Part shown: in pieces, positions 57,894 to 64,000 of the stretch
How the letters are laid out: each line of letters opens with the position of its first letter
Numbering within the stretch: the first letter of the stretch is position 1
Assembly (NCBI GenBank): GCA_964291405.2
Contig: OZ219926.1
Span: forward strand, 2,528,001-2,592,000
DNA: 64,000 bases
DNA from: Thermodesulfobacteriota bacterium
Lineage (GTDB): Bacteria; Desulfobacterota; Binatia; Bin18
Direction: 5' to 3'
Notes under the pieces: model-generated
Databases searched by the model: none
Told to the model about the DNA's origin: nothing
What the model saw: the letters and a program-made list of their open reading frames with translations, nothing else
Program-made: the position numbers and the translations under genes

Positions 57894-59113
57894 TTATTGG
57901 AAGCGGGGCATAATCTGTTGGGCACGACTTTGTTCTGGATGGTTTCGTAGAACGGTTGCGATCACTGGAAAGTGCCGAGATCAAGACTATTGTTACTGAA
58001 GCAGAAATTTTATTTAAACCCGGGAAGTGGGGAACAAATAGAGACATGGTTGAATCAATGTGTTGACCGTGCCGGAAATATGACCCTTGCACTGACGGAT
58101 ATACTGAAATGAAAACGAGCTACACATATACGGTTCTTCGAAGGTCTGCAATACCTGAGCCGGGTCGCCGGTCAGCGGTCCAAGAAAAATTTTCTTGACC
58201 CCAGCCTCGGCAGCGCGCCCGACCTGATCGAGACAGTCTTGCGGTGTCCCAACGATGGCGAAGCGTTCGGCCAAATAGTCCTTCAGCCCCAGTTCATCAA
58301 CTATCTTGGCGTGGAACCGTTCAGCGCCGAGCAATTCGTGTTCATGCGGCCGGTAGGCGGCTTTGAGTTTTTCAATCGGCTCCCACAGTTCAGCAGGAAT
58401 ATGCTTGCCCTCTAAGGTTCGCCGAAAGGCATGGTTCGCACTCGCGGCCAGGGCCATGCGGATCTCATCCACTGCGGCCTGAGTGGTCTCAGCCACATTG
58501 GTTTTGGCAAAAAACCAGATATCCAAGTCGTCAAGTTTCCGCCCGGCAGCCTTAGCTCCAGCCTCGATACGCGCATAGGCGTCCTGCACAACCGTGGGGC
58601 TCAGTCCGCTGCCCACAATCACCCCATCGGCTAACTCACCCGCAGGGTCTTCGGCCCCTCGGCACAGACGTATAGAGGAACCGGTCTTTTCACCCAGACT
58701 TGGCGAACGGTTTTGCCTTGGAAGCGGGTTTCGCCGGCATAAAATCCTTTGATCGCCTCGAGCGCTTCACGAAACTCGGCGAGTCTGGCGGCCTTGAGAC
58801 CCACGTTATACACGGCACTGTCACCCGTCCCAATGCCAAGAAAAGCGCGGCCGTCCGACAGCTCGTTGATCGAGGCAATGGCCCCTGCCGTGACCGCGGG
58901 ATGGCGGGTCAGGGGATTGGTCACAAACGTTCCCATCCGCAGCCGCTGACTGTTCAGCGCACACTGGGTCAAGGTCACATAGCAGTCCGGCCACAGCCAA
59001 TGCGCGTCTGGCACGCCTACCATCTCAAAGCCCCAGTCTTCAATCTGGTGCACCAGCCCCGGCAAGTCAGGATAGCGGTGCGCAAGGGGAATGGTTGCGA
59101 ATTGGACGCTCAT
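57894..59113 (-). pseudogene. LLM-class oxidoreductase with short deletion near 58641 and a disrupted 3' end
   Basis: VTNPLTRHPAVTA, GIGTGDSAV, GPKTLR|GELADG; plausible native end QIMPRFQ* at 57894 separated by about 210 bp of AT-richer DNA. Confidence 0.8.
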
Positions 59114-59206
59114 CGGCTTTCTCCTTCCCAGTGTATCCTCATCCTAGCTTCTTCAGTTCAAGAGCACCATTGCCGCGGGTTTCCGCCTGACTTATGCTGC
59201 GTTCTC

Positions 59207-60265
59207 ATGCAGGTCCGTTTGCTTACCCAATTCAATACAAGTCCGGCCCAGAGCGTAGCAACGGACCAGCATTTTCTTCACACCGTAGTTGAGACGCAGC
59301 TTCCGATCTTGCGCGTCTATACATACCCGGAGGATGTGCTGCTGCTCGGTCGGTATCACGCTGCCGGCACACTCGGCCAAGACCCAGGTCTGACAATCGC
59401 TCGGCGTCTGACTGGCGGGCGAGCCTTTCCGAGTGGTAACGGGTTTGTCCAGTTCTCCCTCATCGTCCCGCACTGTTCATACTTCTTCTCCGCCGACCCG
59501 CGCCACATCGCGCCGTTTCAGATCCTCAATCGTTACGTCCGCGGGGTACTGCACGGCCTGAAAACAGGTGGGGTTGAAGTCTTCTATCCAGGGCAGGATT
59601 TTCTGACGGTCCAGCGGCTGCCGGTCGGCTGGCACTCTTTTGTGACGGAAGACAGCGGAGCCGTGCTGTATGAAGGAGGCGTGTTTGTCCAACGGGATAT
59701 GAGTCTTCTTCCTCATCTTCTTGATCGGGTTGACCCACAGGGGACTCTTCCCTGTCATCTCTTTATGCCGGACCAGGTCCACAATCTTGGCAAAGTCCTC
59801 GGACGGTCTCTTGCACCAGACCAGGCCGCTCGTCTGCTCTGGAGCGGCTTTACCCAGCAGTTCGGGCTGGAATGCCTCGACCACGACCTTAACCAAAACG
59901 AGCGTGCAGCCATTCTGAGAAAACAGGAACAGTCTGACCTCGTTCCGAACAGTCGTCCCCTGCGCTCCGATCTCCTATATGCAGCAACAAGGCAAACCCC
60001 ACTTGGAGAGCTTCAGATTCGTTTCTCTCTTACCCCTGAGCGGACGGTCGAGGCGATCCAGTTCTCGGGTGATTTCATTGCCAACCCGGCCGGGATACAG
60101 GCGTTGGAGCACAATCTCGAGGGCTGTCCACTGGAGAAGGCCGTACTTTGGCAGGTCATTGACCAGACCTTTCTTGAGCCGGACTATTATCTGATTGGAG
60201 CGGGGAAATTAGCCGACTTACCCGGAGTGATGCTAGGCGCTTCTCCAGTCCCGCCAGTCAGGTAG
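59207..60265 (+). CDS. Lipoate-protein ligase A-like protein
   Basis: LRVYT...VLLLGRY, RRLTGGRA, C-terminal FSGDFIA..LE..LEG domain; start inferred at MQVRLL. Confidence 0.65.
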   Translation: MQVRLLTQFNTSPAQSVATDQHFLHTVVETQLPILRVYTYPEDVLLLGRYHAAGTLGQDPGLTIARRLTGGRAFPSGNGFVQFSLIVPHCSYFFSADPRHIAPFQILNRYVRGVLHGLKTGGVEVFYPGQDFLTVQRLPVGWHSFVTEDSGAVLYEGGVFVQRDMSLLPHLLDRVDPQGTLPCHLFMPDQVHNLGKVLGRSLAPDQAARLLWSGFTQQFGLECLDHDLNQNERAAILRKQEQSDLVPNSRPLRSDLLYAATRQTPLGELQIRFSLTPERTVEAIQFSGDFIANPAGIQALEHNLEGCPLEKAVLWQVIDQTFLEPDYYLIGAGKLADLPGVMLGASPVPPVR

Positions 60266-60268
60266 ACT

Positions 60269-61153
60269 ATGGAGCAGACCAAGAACAACGTGCTACAGCT
60301 CGATCAGCTTGCAGCCGGATTGCTCGCCGACGATGACCACACGCGGCTTTCAGCGCTCGCTCGGCTTGAGGCGGAGAGCGCATTCACGTCTCTCCCGGAC
60401 GATGTGGTTCGGAGCCTTTTAGTGTGTTTGGGACATACGACGAAAAAAATCCAACGCGGTGCGGCGACCGTCCTCACCCGATTTGCCCCCCAACAGCCTG
60501 AAATTATTGAAGCGCTGACTCACCGGCTGACGGACCCGGACCCACGGTTGCGCTGGACCGCGGCTTTTACCCTCTCTCAGCTCGATCTGCCGAGCCCCTC
60601 GCCTCAAAGAGTAAACGTGTCCTCCAATCAGACACAACTGCTGGACACGTCTACTCTTCTTCCCGTTTTGATCGAAAACCTGGGCCATCAGGAAAGCGAC
60701 CTCCGCTGGGCAGCAGCAACTGCTGTCTTGCAGCTCGCCCGGCACCATGCTCAAGACGTTGCTCACGCCATGATCCAGCTTGCGAATACGGGTAATGCGG
60801 TGCAACGCCGTATGGCCCTCTACTGCCTGCGTGACCTGAAGCAAACGGATCAAATGGCCCAAGAAGCCTATCTCACCAGCCTGCGTGACGAGGACCCTAT
60901 GGTCCGCCTGGGTGGTCTATCCTGTTTGGGTAAGCTCCGATTGACCAGTGAAACAATTCGAGAAGCGATGATCCGGCTTTTAGAACACGACCCGGACCCG
61001 GGTGTCCGCCGTGCGGCTGCCGTGACCTGCGGACAGATCGGCGACACGGACACACATATCGTTGAAGCGTTGCGGCGAGCGTCTCAAGCGGCTGACACCA
61101 GCCTCAGCAAAGCATCGACCGGAGCACTGAAGAAACTGCTACCCCGGACGTAA
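60269..61153 (+). CDS. HEAT/PBS-lyase repeat protein with 18-aa repeat-derived insertion
   Basis: LTDPDPRLRWTAA, LRDEDPMVR, DPDPGVRRAAA. Confidence 0.85.
   Translation: MEQTKNNVLQLDQLAAGLLADDDHTRLSALARLEAESAFTSLPDDVVRSLLVCLGHTTKKIQRGAATVLTRFAPQQPEIIEALTHRLTDPDPRLRWTAAFTLSQLDLPSPSPQRVNVSSNQTQLLDTSTLLPVLIENLGHQESDLRWAAATAVLQLARHHAQDVAHAMIQLANTGNAVQRRMALYCLRDLKQTDQMAQEAYLTSLRDEDPMVRLGGLSCLGKLRLTSETIREAMIRLLEHDPDPGVRRAAAVTCGQIGDTDTHIVEALRRASQAADTSLSKASTGALKKLLPRT
60606..60659. mobile_element. 54-bp MITE-like palindrome, in-frame intragenic copy
   Basis: AAAGAGTAAACGTGTCC-TCCAATCAGACACAACTGCT-GGACACGTCTACTCTTC; sister of 35022-35076. Confidence 0.75.
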
Positions 61154-61171
61154 AACGTGGGTGATGAAGTT

Positions 61172-61408
61172 TTACGACAAATAGCCCATCGGCTCGTTTT
61201 TCAGCAGTTCAACAATCACCTGCTGCCGGGTCTTGGGCCGCGTTTGGTTTTGTCTCTTCCCATCCAAGACAAACAGACCGCGCTTATACGTTCCACCGCC
61301 GTGCTGACACGTGTCCCACAACCGCTGCCACCGCTCGGGCGAGCGGACCCACTGTCTGAGAATTTTCTCTTGGTTGGTCATCCTTCCGTCTTGACTGAAT
61401 TCTGACAT
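61172..61408 (-). CDS. Possible small hypothetical protein
   Basis: Fills the gap downstream of the MMPL gene in the same orientation; no recognised motif. Confidence 0.3.
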   Translation of the reverse strand: MSEFSQDGRMTNQEKILRQWVRSPERWQRLWDTCQHGGGTYKRGLFVLDGKRQNQTRPKTRQQVIVELLKNEPMGYLS

Positions 61409-61516
61409 GAGCGCAAGAGCCGTACCTGGAAAGTCAGGGTATGCGATGGAAGACCGCTTCCATTATGAGCAGGCTCTCCTTCTCCGTGTTAAACCAGGCT
61501 TACGGGGAAACCGGAC

Positions 61517-64000
61517 TTACGCGGTCTGCCCCTCTACACTCGGCTGTGGCGTTCCGACCAAAGCCGTTTTTTCCCCGTATACGAAGCGAGGTTTGAACGT
61601 ATTCAGGATCGCCGGCAGGACGGTCATCGAAACCAAGAGACAGGCGCCCATATTCAGCGACAGCATGGCTCCAAGATAAAAATTGGGCCGAAAATTCGAG
61701 GTGAGGAAGACCAAGAAGCTCGCCGTCACAACGAGTGCATTAAAAAAGATCGCTTTGCCCGACGTCGCCATAGTGGCTGCGGTAATCTCTTCCGGGTCAG
61801 TCAATCCAGAGCGGATTTTAATCCGGTATTTATTCAGGAAATGGATCGTATAATCGATGCCAATACCAATCACCATGGAGGCGGTCAACGATTTACCAAC
61901 CTCAAGGGGAATGCCAAGCAGCCCGAGCAGTCCAAAACTGAAGACCATGACTAAACTAATCGGGATAATATTAATCAGCCCAGCGACCCAGGAGCGAAAC
62001 ATAAACGCCGTCAATAAAAAGACGGCCACGAGTGAGACGACGAGACTGGCCAACTGCCCAGACACCACCAGTTCGCTGAAACGGGTGGTCAGATAGCCAT
62101 TGCCGGCGATCCCAAGCCGAAAACCGCTGTTGGTTTCCCAACCAATAACCGTCGGCTCAATGCCAGCCAGCCAGCGTCCAAAGCGGATAGACCACGGATC
62201 CTGTGAGCCAGTATCGGCTGTGCCGCTATCCCCTGCCTGCCCAAACTCACGCACGGCAAAGTCTTGCACAATCCCAACCACGCGTTCGATGTCCTGGGTG
62301 CTATCCGACCGCAAAAATATGGTCATGTTGGCGTGCTGATAGTCATAATCCACGATTTCATCAAAATCGTCCGGGTCGCCAGAGAAGGAATAGAGCAACA
62401 GGTACTGGGCGACGAGGTCTTGCGAGTCCGGAATCACCTCCATTTCGGGCCGATCCTCGTTCATCACCCGGTTCATGCGTTTGATATACTCGGCTAACGA
62501 TAGCGACCCGCCAACGATAGGGTCTTGTTCGACGACGGTTTGGAGGCGGTCGAGTGTGGCGAGCAGCACCGGGTCTTTGAGCAGATCGGGCTGATGGCCT
62601 TCAATCGCGATATACAGCGGTAGATTGCCTTGGAAGGTCTCGCCTAGGACGGTATCCGCAATCCGCACGGGACTGTGTGGATCGGACATCTTGATAAATG
62701 AGGTATCGACAAAAATGCGCTGCGCACCAAGCAGACACACCAGCATGACACTGGCTGTCACGCCCCCCACCACGAGTGGTTTTCGCGCAACGCCGACGCC
62801 TAAGCGGGAGAGCGTCCGTGCCGCCCAGCCCGTCGCCGCGAGGTCACCACTGCGGCCCATTTGGGCGCGCAAGCCACGGCTGACTTTGACCGGCAGGAGG
62901 CTCAACAGGGCCGGAAAAAAGGTGATGGAGAAGACCATCGCGGCCAGGACGCCAACAGAGGTGAAGATGCCAAAATAGCGGATCGGAAGAATGCTGGCGG
63001 TCAGGAAGGATAAAAACCCGGCCGCCGTCGTCAAGGAGGTGAAGACCACCGGCTGCCACATCTCTTGCATCGCGGCGAGGACCGCGTCGACTGAGGAAAC
63101 GTCCGGATGTTGCAAGACCTCATCGTAATAACGGCTCAGAATATGAATGCCATTTGCCACCCCAACCGCCATCAGGATAACCGGCATCATGGTGGAAATG
63201 GAATACATCGGAACACCCACGGCCGCCATAATGCCTAACGTCCAAATCACGGAGACGCCGACCACCGCCAAGGGGAGCAGGACGCCGCGCACACTCCGAT
63301 AGGTAAAATACAGCGTGCCGAGGACAATCACGAGAATGAGCGGGATGAAGGTCTCCATGTCCTGCCGCATCCCCTCCTCAAAGGTGACTTCCAGAGCGCC
63401 TTGGCCCGCAATATGGAATTCCTCTGGAGCGCCGGCCGCTTTTTTCGCCTCAACCATATCCCGGATCGTCGTATAAACAGCCATCCGTCTGGCCGTGCCC
63501 TCGATAGTCCCTCCGCCAGGTTCCATTTTGGCCGTGATGAGCATCCCGGTGCCGTCCTGGGAGACGACCCAATTGACGAACATCGAATTGTGAAAGAGGG
63601 CCTGCCGTAATGCGTCGAGTGACTCGGGTGAGTGAGGCACCGTTTCCATGAACGGATCAACGGCCATGCCGTCCGCCGTCCCGGTGATATTATCGAGCGT
63701 GGCCACACTCGCCACGTCTTCATCGCGGACGGCTTTGATGCCGGGCAACAGGGCGATCTTTTCCGAGAATTCTTTGATCGTCGCGAGCGTACGCGGATTG
63801 AAGACGCCGTTTTCGCCCGGATTTTTATTCAGAACTCCGATAACAATCAGATCGCGTATACCAAAGCGCTCCTCGACCAGGTCGTTATAGCTCATGACCG
63901 GATCGTTTTGGGGAATAAAGGCGTCAGCATCGCCCTCAAAGCGCAACGACTGCAGCTGGACCCAGGCCAGGCCGGTACAGCCCAGAACAAGGCAAATGAC
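61517..64000 (-). CDS. RND superfamily MMPL-type exporter; 5' end beyond window
   Basis: Two TM clusters (TSLTTAAGF, GIGIDYTIHF) with large periplasmic loops; frame stays open to the window end. Confidence 0.88.
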   Translation of the reverse strand, partial: VICLVLGCTGLAWVQLQSLRFEGDADAFIPQNDPVMSYNDLVEERFGIRDLIVIGVLNKNPGENGVFNPRTLATIKEFSEKIALLPGIKAVRDEDVASVATLDNITGTADGMAVDPFMETVPHSPESLDALRQALFHNSMFVNWVVSQDGTGMLITAKMEPGGGTIEGTARRMAVYTTIRDMVEAKKAAGAPEEFHIAGQGALEVTFEEGMRQDMETFIPLILVIVLGTLYFTYRSVRGVLLPLAVVGVSVIWTLGIMAAVGVPMYSISTMMPVILMAVGVANGIHILSRYYDEVLQHPDVSSVDAVLAAMQEMWQPVVFTSLTTAAGFLSFLTASILPIRYFGIFTSVGVLAAMVFSITFFPALLSLLPVKVSRGLRAQMGRSGDLAATGWAARTLSRLGVGVARKPLVVGGVTASVMLVCLLGAQRIFVDTSFIKMSDPHSPVRIADTVLGETFQGNLPLYIAIEGHQPDLLKDPVLLATLDRLQTVVEQDPIVGGSLSLAEYIKRMNRVMNEDRPEMEVIPDSQDLVAQYLLLYSFSGDPDDFDEIVDYDYQHANMTIFLRSDSTQDIERVVGIVQDFAVREFGQAGDSGTADTGSQDPWSIRFGRWLAGIEPTVIGWETNSGFRLGIAGNGYLTTRFSELVVSGQLASLVVSLVAVFLLTAFMFRSWVAGLINIIPISLVMVFSFGLLGLLGIPLEVGKSLTASMVIGIGIDYTIHFLNKYRIKIRSGLTDPEEITAATMATSGKAIFFNALVVTASFLVFLTSNFRPNFYLGAMLSLNMGACLLVSMTVLPAILNTFKPRFVYGEKTALVGTPQPSVEGQTA

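Noticed and set aside
58700-59206. N-terminal 169 aa of the 521-aa ORF
   Set aside because: Mostly overlaps the minus-strand LLM gene; ligase similarity begins at 59207

Overview
GC-rich bacterial chromosomal window. The gene content (many LLM oxidoreductases, CaiB CoA-transferases, xanthine-dehydrogenase-family molybdoenzymes, TonB receptors, Mrp antiporter) would fit a Binatota/deltaproteobacterial lineage, but that is inference. Catabolic and housekeeping blocks (1-27 kb, 33.4-37.8 kb, 45-64 kb) flank a decaying defence-rich region (27.8-44.9 kb). That region holds (i) a translationally coupled pair of STAND-like ATPases with no evident effector, the second carrying a recently amplified 129-bp TPR-like repeat tract, (ii) a 1525-aa nuclease-STAND-helical-repeat (Avs-like) protein transcribed divergently from a Type II R-M-like pair, (iii) a Type I hsdR stub and (iv) several orphan antitoxins. 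The most striking sequence-level signal is that three different short palindromic repeat families sit in frame inside protein genes (HEAT protein, CaiB CoA-transferase, 2Fe-2S subunit). Two of them have intergenic sister copies in this same window, reminiscent of Rickettsia palindromic elements. Six genes are broken by small indels (real decay or read error cannot be separated here). I recognised no rRNA, tRNA, CRISPR array, integrase or intact transposase. All family calls come from motif recognition by eye, not database searches.
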